Positions 16,788 to 25,772 of a DNA stretch of 64,000 nt are shown here, in pieces. The stretch is from Planctomycetota bacterium (lineage in GTDB: Bacteria > Planctomycetota > SZUA-567 > H5-PLA8): contig BTVV01000007.1 of NCBI GenBank assembly GCA_045863855.1, positions 32,001 through 96,000 on the forward strand. The letters are read 5' to 3'. The position numbers were made by a program, and so were the translations under genes. The notes under the pieces were generated by a model. It had not been told where the DNA came from, made no database searches, and saw only the letters and a program-made list of their open reading frames with translations. The stretch's first letter is position 1. Each line of letters begins with the position of its first letter.

Positions 16788-18293
16788 ATGTCCCTGGACG
16801 CTCAAGCACCGCCAGGTTCGGCGCCCATCGGCGTTGCGCCCGTTCGCGGTCCCGAAGGCCGCGTTGCGCGATTGCGCCGCTTTAATCTGCTCCGCTATTT
16901 CACCGGAGCGGGGCTGCTGATCATTTTGGGAGTGCTGTTAGGTTCCGTCCTGGTGGCTGGCCGCGTCATTCACGATGTATCACTCGAAATCGAGCGCGAA
17001 GAAGCCGACAGTCTGGTGGAGGCCCTTCTTGAGCGCATGGCGTATCAAGGCTATGGCCCGGAACGCTGGGGCGAGCCCGTACTCGATCCTCATTTGAACG
17101 AAATCGTACGAGCCAAGTTGCAGAATTTCGGCATCTTGGAGTTTTCGCTTTACTCACCGGATCAGCGAGAGTTAGTCGTCTTTACCGCGCATGGTAAGCC
17201 ACGCGCCGCGCATCGCTCAGAAGCGTTTCAGGAGGCGCTAAGCGGGCAAACCAGCCTGCGCTGGCATGCCCGCTATGCCGGACCGCTCATTCTTTTGAGC
17301 GGTGAGGGCAGTTCCATCGACACTTATGTACCGGTCAAGGCCCCTGACGGACATATTCGGGGAGTCGCCCATCTGCACCGCAGTCTTGAGACCGTACTTC
17401 CCAAAACCCGCCTCATGCTGCCCAGGCTTGCGCTGGTCGCAGGAACTGCCGCGCTTATGGGTTTTTGGGGACTCTGGTTGCTGGTTCGTCACGCCGATCG
17501 ATTAATCGAACGCCAGCAACAGACGATCGACAGCTACAATCGCCAACTCGCCGAGCGCAACCGGCTGCTGGAACAGTACAACGAGCGCAAGGATGAGTTT
17601 CTGGCGATCTGCAGCCACGATCTGCGCAGCCCCCTCAACAGCATCTATGCGGGCTGCAAGGTTCTGGCCAGCAACCGTAAGGGGCTTCTCAATCCGGAAC
17701 AGGCGGAGATCAATGCCGAGAACCTGAAAAAGGTGAGTCAGATGCTCCATCTGATCGACAGCTTGCTGGATCTAGGACGCATCGAAGCAGGGCAAGAGGC
17801 TGTTGTCCCTGAATCTTTCGACCTGAATAGAGCCCTTCGAGAAGCCATTGCGATGGGATCGGCGCAAGCGGCGGAGCGAGGCGTCCAGGTCGAACTGGAT
17901 GCCGCGGAAGGCAATCCGGCGCTGGAAGCCGATGTGCACAAATTCGTGCGTATCATCTGCAACTTGCTCTCGAACGCAGTCAAGCATTCACCTCAAGGAA
18001 GTCACGTGCGCGTACGTGCCGTTACCCATGCATCTTGGATCCGAATCTCGATCACGGATCAAGGACCCGGAATCGCGCCCGAACAGCAAGCTTTGCTTTT
18101 CGATAAATATTCTGCATTGGCGCGCAGCAAGAAATCACGTTCCGAAGGCACCGGTCTTGGACTGGCCATTACCAACGAATTGGTGCGCCTCCACGGCGGC
18201 CGCATTGAAGTGGAAAGCGAATTGGGAAAAGGAGCCACGTTTACCGTAGTGCTGCCTCGCACCTACGAGGGCTCCGCAAGCGCTCAGGAGTGA
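16788..18293 (+). CDS. Membrane sensor histidine kinase (2 TM, HisKA, HATPase)
   Basis: SHDLRSPL H-box, NLLSNAVKHS N-box, DQGPGI, GTGLGLAI; start at ATG 16788. Confidence 0.92.
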   Translation: MSLDAQAPPGSAPIGVAPVRGPEGRVARLRRFNLLRYFTGAGLLIILGVLLGSVLVAGRVIHDVSLEIEREEADSLVEALLERMAYQGYGPERWGEPVLDPHLNEIVRAKLQNFGILEFSLYSPDQRELVVFTAHGKPRAAHRSEAFQEALSGQTSLRWHARYAGPLILLSGEGSSIDTYVPVKAPDGHIRGVAHLHRSLETVLPKTRLMLPRLALVAGTAALMGFWGLWLLVRHADRLIERQQQTIDSYNRQLAERNRLLEQYNERKDEFLAICSHDLRSPLNSIYAGCKVLASNRKGLLNPEQAEINAENLKKVSQMLHLIDSLLDLGRIEAGQEAVVPESFDLNRALREAIAMGSAQAAERGVQVELDAAEGNPALEADVHKFVRIICNLLSNAVKHSPQGSHVRVRAVTHASWIRISITDQGPGIAPEQQALLFDKYSALARSKKSRSEGTGLGLAITNELVRLHGGRIEVESELGKGATFTVVLPRTYEGSASAQE

Positions 18294-18354
18294 CCTTGCC
18301 CTTCGGGATGAATCTCGATCAATGGCCTTCATCCCAAATCCCTTCCTGGAAATA

Positions 18355-18386
18355 AAGCGGGCAGCCGGAGGGTCGGCTGCCCGCTT
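18355..18386 (-). terminator. Hairpin terminator between convergent genes
   Basis: AAGCGGGCAGCCG-GAGGGT-CGGCTGCCCGCTT; T-rich tail on minus strand. Confidence 0.7.
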
Positions 18387-18418
18387 GCACTTTCCGGATA
18401 CGGCTCGGTCCGGCGCGC

Positions 18419-20314
18419 TTACTGTTTGGTGATCGGCAAGTAGCGGTAGTAGACCTCCAGGCACAGCGCGCCCATGGCTGTCATGTAGACGCGTCCGGCC
18501 ATCGTGTCGTCACCGCCGCCCAGCGGATCCCAGCTTCCGTCTTCCGCGCCGCCCTTGCGCTGATTGGGCAGCAGCATGTTCTTCATCGAATCGTTCCAGC
18601 GCTTCCAGTAATCGCCGCCCATCTGGAACATCGTCAGCGTGCTGTAGTAGGTGTAGTACATGGGGAAAGTGCGATTCCCGTCCAGTCCCTTGCCCAAACC
18701 CTTGTCCCACGTGGGCAGGGTCTGGGAGAGGTATTCCGCTCCGCCTTGCAGATCCGTGGCTTTGCGTCCCAGGAACAGATTGCAGAGCAGCCCGATGGCC
18801 GTGTTGTTCAGCGTCTCCTTGGAGCCTTTGGTGTAGGAGAAGCGCCCGCCGCTGTAGCCGTTCACCTCGCCTTTGATCTCGACGCTGTCGAAGAACTGCA
18901 ACGCGCCTTCGAAGCTCCCGGCGTCCACGCTCAGTCCGGCGATTTTGGCGCTCTTGAGCTGCATGACGAACCAGCCCGAAACGGAGGTATCGGCAGCCTT
19001 GGTCTTGGCGTGGTAGCGCCAAGCCAGCTTGTCGGAACCTTCGCCGTACTGGTGGATCTCCGTGGAATAGGTGACGGCCTTCTGGGCCGCGGCCTTGGTT
19101 TCGGCGATGCGTCCCATGGCCGAAGCTTCGGCCAGCGCCAGCCCGCAGATGGCGTGGTGATAGGCATGCCCGGGGTGCCAATGTTCTTTGTAATTCGCGC
19201 CGATGGCCCCGTTGTCCTGCTGCTGCGAAATGATCCACTTGATCGCGCGGCTGACGTTGTCCTTGTACTTGCCGACCTTCTCCGTATGCCCCGCGCCCAG
19301 GAAGGCCAGCGCCGCCAAGCCCGTCACGCCGGCGTCGACGTTGTTCTTGCCCTGATGCTTCATCGTGTCCCAGTGCCCGTCGGCTTCCTGATTCCGCGCC
19401 AGCCAGGCCAGCGCCGCGTCGACGGCCGATTCGGTCGCCACGCCGCCGCCGCCGCGCGTCGCCAGCCGGCGCCGTCCGCCGCCCAGGCGCTGCCCGAAGG
19501 CGCCGCCGCCACCGCCGCCCAGACCGATCGCCGCCACCGTGCCCACGCCGCCCAGCGGCACGTCCGATATCGCGCTCTCGTCTCCATGCGCGCTCTGCAT
19601 GTCCATGTTGTTTTCCGTCTCGACGTGGTCCGAGATTTCCACCTCTTCATGGACCACCACCGGCTGATCGACCGGCGGCATGTCGGAGACTTCGGTCGGG
19701 ACCGGTTTCTTGAAGATGTCGCGCGGCTTTTCCTGGTCGTATTCCTGTTCCTGCACCTTGGCCAGGTCCGTCACGATCACCACGTCGTTGGGGTTCGCGC
19801 GCATGATCGCCATGCCGATCAGGGTGAGCAGCAAGAGGAGCAGCGCATGGAACGCGCCGCTGACCATCCACCATGGCGCAGCGCCGAAGCTGTGCGAGAG
19901 GCTGTCGAAGAAGCCGCCCGGAGCGCCAACCAGTTCTTCTTCCTGCTCGTCCGGAAGGCCCAGGCCCACGCTGGAGAGCTTCTGCGCCGTCGTGTCCTGG
20001 CCTTCGGCTTCCAGGCGTGCCTTCAATTCCTGGCGGCGTTGGTGGCGCTGGCTGGCCTTGGCGTCGAAGTCGGAACTGATCTTCATGCCGCCGACCGTCT
20101 GCTGGACCATCTGCAGCATCCCCGCACGCTGCTCGAAGGCCTCGCGCAAGGCGGGATCCGATGCAAGTTGCTTCTGGACTTCGCGGAGATCCTCGGGAGA
20201 CAGTCGTCCGTCGGCCGCGGCACGCGCGATCTCGTTCACGTTGTGCCTAGTGACCACCAGGGTCGCGCCGGGTTCGAGGGTGCGGATCCGGCTGCTGGGG
20301 CGTCGAATGCTCAT
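18419..20314 (-). CDS. Membrane-anchored prenyltransferase/squalene-oxidase-repeat protein with putative anti-sigma N-terminus
   Basis: ALAWLARNQEADGHW, TGLAALAFLGAG, WIISQQQDNGA, DGSWDP, ALCLEVYYRYLP; single TM; overlaps ECF sigma stop. Confidence 0.8.
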   Translation of the reverse strand: MSIRRPSSRIRTLEPGATLVVTRHNVNEIARAAADGRLSPEDLREVQKQLASDPALREAFEQRAGMLQMVQQTVGGMKISSDFDAKASQRHQRRQELKARLEAEGQDTTAQKLSSVGLGLPDEQEEELVGAPGGFFDSLSHSFGAAPWWMVSGAFHALLLLLLTLIGMAIMRANPNDVVIVTDLAKVQEQEYDQEKPRDIFKKPVPTEVSDMPPVDQPVVVHEEVEISDHVETENNMDMQSAHGDESAISDVPLGGVGTVAAIGLGGGGGGAFGQRLGGGRRRLATRGGGGVATESAVDAALAWLARNQEADGHWDTMKHQGKNNVDAGVTGLAALAFLGAGHTEKVGKYKDNVSRAIKWIISQQQDNGAIGANYKEHWHPGHAYHHAICGLALAEASAMGRIAETKAAAQKAVTYSTEIHQYGEGSDKLAWRYHAKTKAADTSVSGWFVMQLKSAKIAGLSVDAGSFEGALQFFDSVEIKGEVNGYSGGRFSYTKGSKETLNNTAIGLLCNLFLGRKATDLQGGAEYLSQTLPTWDKGLGKGLDGNRTFPMYYTYYSTLTMFQMGGDYWKRWNDSMKNMLLPNQRKGGAEDGSWDPLGGGDDTMAGRVYMTAMGALCLEVYYRYLPITKQ

Positions 20315-20934
20315 GGGGAAACCTCCGGGGTCAGCGGCGCATGGGCCGCGGTGTCCCCGGACGGGCGCGCGTACTTGCGCAGCTTCCGCGCCAGCAGGTC
20401 GTCGGCCCGCGCCAGACGGCTCTTGACCGTGCCCAAAGGCAGGTCCAGCACCGTGCCGAGTTCCTCGTAGGAGAGCCCTTCCCAGTACCGCAAAACTACG
20501 ATCTCGCGGAACTCGTCGGGCAGGGTGTCGATGGCCCGCGCGACGATCTCGCGCAAGTCCACCTGAGAATACCCGCCCGAAACGGGCTCGCCCACGCCCG
20601 GCTGCTGGCGTGCGGCTTCGTCCTGCTGCGCGCGGCGCTTACGGCGGCGCAGCACGTCCAGGGTGTTGCGACGGTTAATCTGCCGGAGCCAATGGCCCAG
20701 CCGCTGCGCGTCCTGGAGCGTGTGCAACTCCTGGAACGCTTCGCACAGCGACTCCTGGGCGACATCCTCCGCGTCGGGTTGGTTGCCCAGGATCGCAAAC
20801 GCCTGGTTCACCAAGTCCGCGCGAAATCGTTCGACCAGTTGCCAGAAATGCTCCGCAGGCAACGCATGCGATCCGGCGCCGTGAGCGACCCGGTGCCGAA
20901 CCAACGCTTGAATCATCGCGTCCGTCGTGGCCAT
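20311..20934 (-). CDS. ECF sigma-70 factor
   Basis: DAEDVAQE region 2; LPDEFREIVVLRYWEGLSYEELGTVLDLPLGTVKSRLARA region 4. Confidence 0.93.
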   Translation of the reverse strand: MATTDAMIQALVRHRVAHGAGSHALPAEHFWQLVERFRADLVNQAFAILGNQPDAEDVAQESLCEAFQELHTLQDAQRLGHWLRQINRRNTLDVLRRRKRRAQQDEAARQQPGVGEPVSGGYSQVDLREIVARAIDTLPDEFREIVVLRYWEGLSYEELGTVLDLPLGTVKSRLARADDLLARKLRKYARPSGDTAAHAPLTPEVSP

Positions 20935-21180
20935 GCCTGCCCCCGTCCACCCCAGAGGGCGACCCGAGTGGGGAAAAGGTTCCCTGCTTTTCAGTATATT
21001 TCTTTGCACATCGTGCGCAATCGCTAAGCCGCATAAACCCAGCCAAGTAATTGGCGTGGCCAAGTACGTAGGCCACACTCTTTACATGCGCTTACCGAGT
21101 TCATGCACCGATTGCATGGCCTTGAAGCACGCGGACTTACAGAAGATTGGGGTATCGTGACAGATCAGGAGATCACACCC

Positions 21181-21930
21181 ATGCCCAAGCCCCAAGTGGC
21201 CTGTCAGTTGATCGTCTTTCGCGAGCGCTTGCCGGCCGAGATGGAAAGCGTGCTGAAGGACGTCAAGGACGCCGGGTACGCGGGCGTCGAGTACGGACTT
21301 CCCGAAGACCCGGACGTGCTCAGGAGATTCGAGGCCGCGCTGAACGAACAGCGCTTGGCGCTCTCGGGCAGCCACATGAGCTACTACAAGCTCGATCAGT
21401 TCGAGGCGCATCTGGCTTACTTGAAGCGCCACGGCTCGAACCTGTTGATGATTTCCACTACAGGCGACCGCAAAGACGGAGCGGCTTCGTACCGCCGCGC
21501 GGTGAAGGAACTGAACGTCCGGGGGCGGCAAGCTGCCGACGCGGGCGTGCGTTTCTGCTACCACAACCACTCCTGGGAGTTCAAAGAAGTATTCGACGGC
21601 GTCAGCGGCATGGACATCCTGCTCCAGGAGACCGACCCGCGATACGTTCACTTCTGCTTCGATACCTACTGGCTGGCCGACGGAGGCGTGGACGTCGTCG
21701 AGTACCTGCGCACCTACCGGGAGCGAATCGGCTGCCTGCATCTAAAAGACCGCAAGGCCGGAACCTTCACCGAAGTGGGGGCAGGAGAGATCGACTGGCC
21801 GGGCGTGTTCAGGGCCATCGAGCCGCTGAATCTGCCTTGGGTCGTCACCGAAAAGGACCGGACCGAGACCGATCCGGCGCTAAGCGCCCGGCAAAGCCGG
21901 GCCTACCTGCAGACCGCCGTCGGCGTCTGA
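21181..21930 (+). CDS. Sugar phosphate isomerase/epimerase (IolE-like TIM barrel)
   Basis: GYAGVE, YHNHSWEF, DTYW, LHLKD, EVGAGEIDW. Confidence 0.88.
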   Translation: MPKPQVACQLIVFRERLPAEMESVLKDVKDAGYAGVEYGLPEDPDVLRRFEAALNEQRLALSGSHMSYYKLDQFEAHLAYLKRHGSNLLMISTTGDRKDGAASYRRAVKELNVRGRQAADAGVRFCYHNHSWEFKEVFDGVSGMDILLQETDPRYVHFCFDTYWLADGGVDVVEYLRTYRERIGCLHLKDRKAGTFTEVGAGEIDWPGVFRAIEPLNLPWVVTEKDRTETDPALSARQSRAYLQTAVGV

Positions 21931-21955
21931 CCCCCATTCAGGAAGAAACGCAGCC

Positions 21956-22936
21956 ATGCTACGAATAGGAATCCTTGGCGCCGGAAAGCGGGCGCACGGC
22001 CACCTGCAGATGCTCAAGCCGCTGGCGCAAGCCGGCCGCTGCCAACTCAGCGCCGTCTGGGACCCGGTGGTCCCGGCGCGGGAGGAACTGGCGCGCGATT
22101 GCGGCGCTCAGGCGGTCGGCAGCCTGGAAGATCTCCTAAAGGCAAGCGATGCGGTCATCGTAATCAGCCCCAATCGCTTTCACGTCGAGCAATCCATCGC
22201 TTGCCTGGAAGCCGGTAAGCACGTGTACTGCGAAAAGCCCTTGGCTTTGACGGTTGCCGATGCCGACCGAGTGGTCGCCGCGGTGGAACGAACGCGGCAG
22301 CTCTTCATGACTGGGTTTTCGATTCGCTGGAGCCCCGTAGCGTGGCATATGCGCCGCCTGCTGGACGAAGGCCGGCTTGGGAAGCTGCTGGCCGTCACCA
22401 GCCGCCGCATCGCCGGTCGCAAGGCGGGCGACGAGATACACCAGAGCGGCTGGCGCGCGGATGCTGCCCAAACCGGCGGAGTGCTGGCCGAGATCCTTGC
22501 GCACGAACTGGATTGGCTGCGCTGGGTGGGTGGGGAGGTGGTCAACGTGACGGCGCGGACCTTTACCTATCAATCCGAGGCGCCCCCCGCGAACGATCAT
22601 ATCGTCGCACAGATCCACTTTGCCAATGGGGGCGTGGGTACGTTAGAAGGGGGGTGGCGGGCCTTCGAATCGGAGTACTTCAAATCGATCTTCGGATCAC
22701 AAGGTGCAGCCATAACTCGGGATTGGCAGCGCGAACTTTGGGTACGCGCGGCTCATGAGGCGCAGTCGGCGAAGCTCGAATTAACCCCACCGCCAAGCAG
22801 CGACGAGATCTTTATCGAGGCCATTGAGAAGGGGCAGCAGCCGCCATCGGATGTTCACGACGGTCGCGCCATCGTCGCATTGACCGAAGCCGTGCACGTC
22901 TCGGCGATAGAAGGGCGAAGTATTTCAATCAAATAA
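21956..22936 (+). CDS. Gfo/Idh/MocA family oxidoreductase
   Basis: IGILGAG, AGKHVYCEKPLA, GGVLAEILAHELD. Confidence 0.9.
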   Translation: MLRIGILGAGKRAHGHLQMLKPLAQAGRCQLSAVWDPVVPAREELARDCGAQAVGSLEDLLKASDAVIVISPNRFHVEQSIACLEAGKHVYCEKPLALTVADADRVVAAVERTRQLFMTGFSIRWSPVAWHMRRLLDEGRLGKLLAVTSRRIAGRKAGDEIHQSGWRADAAQTGGVLAEILAHELDWLRWVGGEVVNVTARTFTYQSEAPPANDHIVAQIHFANGGVGTLEGGWRAFESEYFKSIFGSQGAAITRDWQRELWVRAAHEAQSAKLELTPPPSSDEIFIEAIEKGQQPPSDVHDGRAIVALTEAVHVSAIEGRSISIK

Positions 22937-23110
22937 AGATTCAATCATAAGCGACCCATTCAATAGATCCACCTAGCACCCTTAATTCATATAAAAATAA
23001 AATAATAAAATTACTATCTACATAAGTTATTACATAAAATAAACTTATGATATTAATTTTATAGTCAACCTAGGTACATATTTAATTAAAAGCTCGTTAA
23101 GCAACCCCGT
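22937..23110. other. Extremely AT-rich intergenic segment
   Basis: ATAAAAATAAAATAATAAAATTACTATCTACATAAGTTATTACATAAAATAAACTTATGATATTAATTTT in a GC-rich background. Confidence 0.85.
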
Positions 23111-23295
23111 TATCACTTCAGCTTAGAGTTTCGTCTCGCCTCCAAAACCTGCAAAGGGGACCATTGAATCCCCTGCCAATGAATTCAATTCCCTCGGAAT
23201 CTTCATGAAATACCTCGGGCACGCACCGGAATATCGAAACGCCGAAGCAGTGCGTTTGGCTCGGCGGGCGGAAAGGCAGGAGGTACCATACCGCC

Positions 23296-24546
23296 ATGTG
23301 CGCCCAGCCCATCCCGGCCAAGAAGCCTGCCCAAGGCGGCAACGGCTGCCTCTTGGTGTTTGGCCTTATCTTTCTAACGGCGGGGATCATCGTCAGCTTC
23401 GCTGCCGTCGGCATGGTCCATAAGGGTTACCGCGCCCATACCGCTTATCTCCCGGCTCAGGCCGTCATCCTCGATAAGCAGTTGATCGAGAACTCGGACA
23501 GCGACGGAACCACCTACCGGGCCGAGTTTACGTTCACGTTTCGAGTCGCTCCCGGGGCCGCGGAAGCCGGCGGCGACGGCATTCCGTACACCGTCAAAGG
23601 CTACGACGGGATGAAGACCTCCAGCAGCGGCCGCAGCAGCCATCAGGAGATTCTGGACGCCTACCAAGTCGGGCAGACCTACCCCTGCTGGTACGATCCC
23701 GACGATCCCAACCAGGCGGTGCTGGTAAAGCCCAGCCAATGGAACCTGCTTTGGCTTCTGTTTCCCGTCCCCTTCGTGGGCTTTGGGCTCTTTGCCGCGA
23801 GCATCGCGATCCGGAATTGGGCGCGCCGAGGCGAGCCGGACACGCCGCCGACGCCGGTCGCAGCCGCAGTTCCTAAGCCCGCTGCGGTTTCGGCCGCGTA
23901 CGGGGCGGGGGACCTGAATGCCGAGCAGGGATCCAAGTTGCCCCATCGGCTCAAGAGCGACACGGCCGAAAAGGCTGCCGCCATCGGGTTGGGCTGCTTC
24001 GGTCTGATCTGGACCGCCGTTTCTGGAACGATGTGGGTCGCATCGCTGAGCGGCGGAGATTGGTTGGGATTGATCTTCCTCAGTCTGTTCGTACTGTTGG
24101 GCCTCGGTATTCTGGGCGCCGCCGTCTGGCAGGGACTGATCGGCTGGGGAGTAGGGGTCACGACCGTGGAAGTCAGCACTCTCGATGTAGCGCCAGGGGA
24201 TGCCTTCCAGGTAATCGTCAGCCAGAGCGGGCGGGCGCTCCAAGTCAACCACCTGGCCGTGTACTTGGTCTGCGAGGAAAAAGCGACCTATCGCCAGGGC
24301 ACCGATACCCGGACGGCTACCGAAGTGGTGCTAAACGAACTTCAAACCGAACGCTCGGATTTCGTGGTTAGCCAGGGGCAGCCGGAGGAGCTGACCGCCA
24401 CCGTCACCGTACCGGCCGGCGCGATGCACAGTTTCGAAGCGGACAAGAACAAGATTGTCTGGAAACTCAGCGTCAAAGGCGACATCGAACGCTGGCCGGA
24501 CTTTAAGCGCGAATTTCCGTTCCGCGTGGTGGCACGCGCAAACTGA
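23296..24546 (+). CDS. DUF3592-domain membrane protein with C-terminal beta-sandwich
   Basis: DSDGTTYRAEFTF, YQVGQTYPCWYDPDDPNQAVL; 4 TM; EKATYRQGTD..MHSFEADKNKIVW; GGAGG RBS. Confidence 0.8.
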   Translation: MCAQPIPAKKPAQGGNGCLLVFGLIFLTAGIIVSFAAVGMVHKGYRAHTAYLPAQAVILDKQLIENSDSDGTTYRAEFTFTFRVAPGAAEAGGDGIPYTVKGYDGMKTSSSGRSSHQEILDAYQVGQTYPCWYDPDDPNQAVLVKPSQWNLLWLLFPVPFVGFGLFAASIAIRNWARRGEPDTPPTPVAAAVPKPAAVSAAYGAGDLNAEQGSKLPHRLKSDTAEKAAAIGLGCFGLIWTAVSGTMWVASLSGGDWLGLIFLSLFVLLGLGILGAAVWQGLIGWGVGVTTVEVSTLDVAPGDAFQVIVSQSGRALQVNHLAVYLVCEEKATYRQGTDTRTATEVVLNELQTERSDFVVSQGQPEELTATVTVPAGAMHSFEADKNKIVWKLSVKGDIERWPDFKREFPFRVVARAN

Positions 24547-24556
24547 GGAGCCGCTG

Positions 24557-24970
24557 ATGGATCCCGCCAGCCAAATCGAGATCCTGCTCGACGACCGCGA
24601 TCTGATCCTTCATCCCGGTGCAACCTTGCGCGGGGGCTGGCGCTTCAACAGCGCCGAATCGCTCGCCGTGCGCAAAGCCGAGGTCTTCGTCCTCTGGTTT
24701 ACCGAGGGCAAGGGGGATACCGACGAGGGTACCGTCTGGAAGCGGACCAGCGTGGAGGCCGGCTCGCTCAATGCCGGACGCGCGTTCCCGTTCGAACTCC
24801 AACTCCCGGCGGGACCGTGGACCTACGACGGCCGGATCGTCAAAATCCGCTGGGCGGTGCGCGTCTTCGTCACGCCCGAAAAGGGTCAGCCGTTCGCCGC
24901 CGAAGAACGCTTCCAGTTGCGGCCCGCAGGCTATACACGCCCGGCGGAGCCGGCGGCGGAAACCGCATAG
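24557..24970 (+). CDS. Small arrestin/Spo0M-like beta-sandwich protein
   Basis: GAGGAG RBS; LWFTEGKGDTD, FPFELQLPAGPWTYDGRIVKIRW. Confidence 0.65.
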   Translation: MDPASQIEILLDDRDLILHPGATLRGGWRFNSAESLAVRKAEVFVLWFTEGKGDTDEGTVWKRTSVEAGSLNAGRAFPFELQLPAGPWTYDGRIVKIRWAVRVFVTPEKGQPFAAEERFQLRPAGYTRPAEPAAETA

Positions 24971-24973
24971 CCC

Positions 24974-25657
24974 ATGACCACGCGCATGGGCGCTCCGGCC
25001 AATCCGTTCTGTACGCGCTATCACGCGCCTGGGAGCTTGGCGTTCGTCTTCGAACCGGCCCGTGGCGCCGCGTCGGCTGCCGAGTGCTACGCGCGCTTTC
25101 GATCCGCTGGATTCCGCGGCGAGATCGCAGGACCGCACGGAACCGGCAAAACCACGTTACTGCGAGCTCTGGAAGCCCAACTGAAAGCCTACGGGCATCC
25201 CACGGTCGCGGTGATGCTCCAATCCGACCGCCGGCGGATGCCCGTTGGCTGGGATCGTAGCCCGGTCGAGGCTGGGGCCTTCAGGCCCGGATCGCGCACG
25301 GTCTTATTCCTCGACGGCGCCGAACAGCTTTCGCGGTTCGATTGGTGGCGGGTCTGCTGGCGCGTCCGATCCCTAGGCTGGGGTCTTCTGGCGACCACGC
25401 ATCATTCCCAGAGACTACCGGTGCTGTACCGAACGTCCGTGGAACCGGCGTTGGCCCAGAATCTGGTGGCCACGATCCTGGCTCAGAACCCAAACTTGCC
25501 GCGTCTGGTCGATCCGTCCGAAGCCGTGCCCGTGCTTGAGCGCTCCACCGGCGACCTTCGCGAAACCATCTTTCGGCTGTACGACCTCTACGAAGCCCGT
25601 TGGCGCGATACCCAGGCCCGACCTTCCGCCGCCGCCCAGACCGGAACCCAAGGCTGA
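24974..25657 (+). CDS. Small P-loop ATPase
   Basis: Walker A GPHGTGKT, Walker B-like LFLDGAEQL, GLLATTH. Confidence 0.75.
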   Translation: MTTRMGAPANPFCTRYHAPGSLAFVFEPARGAASAAECYARFRSAGFRGEIAGPHGTGKTTLLRALEAQLKAYGHPTVAVMLQSDRRRMPVGWDRSPVEAGAFRPGSRTVLFLDGAEQLSRFDWWRVCWRVRSLGWGLLATTHHSQRLPVLYRTSVEPALAQNLVATILAQNPNLPRLVDPSEAVPVLERSTGDLRETIFRLYDLYEARWRDTQARPSAAAQTGTQG

Positions 25658-25699
25658 ACGTCTCCAACGGCGGCCCTACCCGGGCTTCCCCCGGGCACA

Positions 25700-25727
25700 A
25701 CATTACATAACGTAGATTATCGGACGT
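25700..25727 (-). other. XerCD dif-like recombination site
   Basis: ACGTCCGATAA-TCTACG-TTATGTAATGT: 11-6-11 architecture with ATAA/TTAT core and TTATGT XerD arm; intergenic between convergent genes. Confidence 0.8.
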
Positions 25728-25772
25728 TGATTGCAGGACTTTTTCGCGCCAACCAAGCCGCCGCAACTGCAG

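Noticed and set aside
14911..16809. 632-aa minus ORF (similarly 18746-20470, 35282-37189, 38083-39681, 39605-41176)
   Set aside because: Antisense to clear genes (gdhA, prenyltransferase-repeat gene, uxaA, sulfatase, MFS)
18419..20314. Squalene-hopene cyclase
   Set aside because: Only one barrel's worth of repeats, a TM anchor and no DxDDTA motif
23027..23055. Second dif site in the AT island (TTATTACATAA-AATAAAC-TTATG)
   Set aside because: Spacer is 7 rather than 6 bp, and chance matches are likely in AT-rich DNA; kept only as a remark
22937..23110. oriC
   Set aside because: No TTATCCACA-type DnaA box cluster and no dnaA/dnaN nearby
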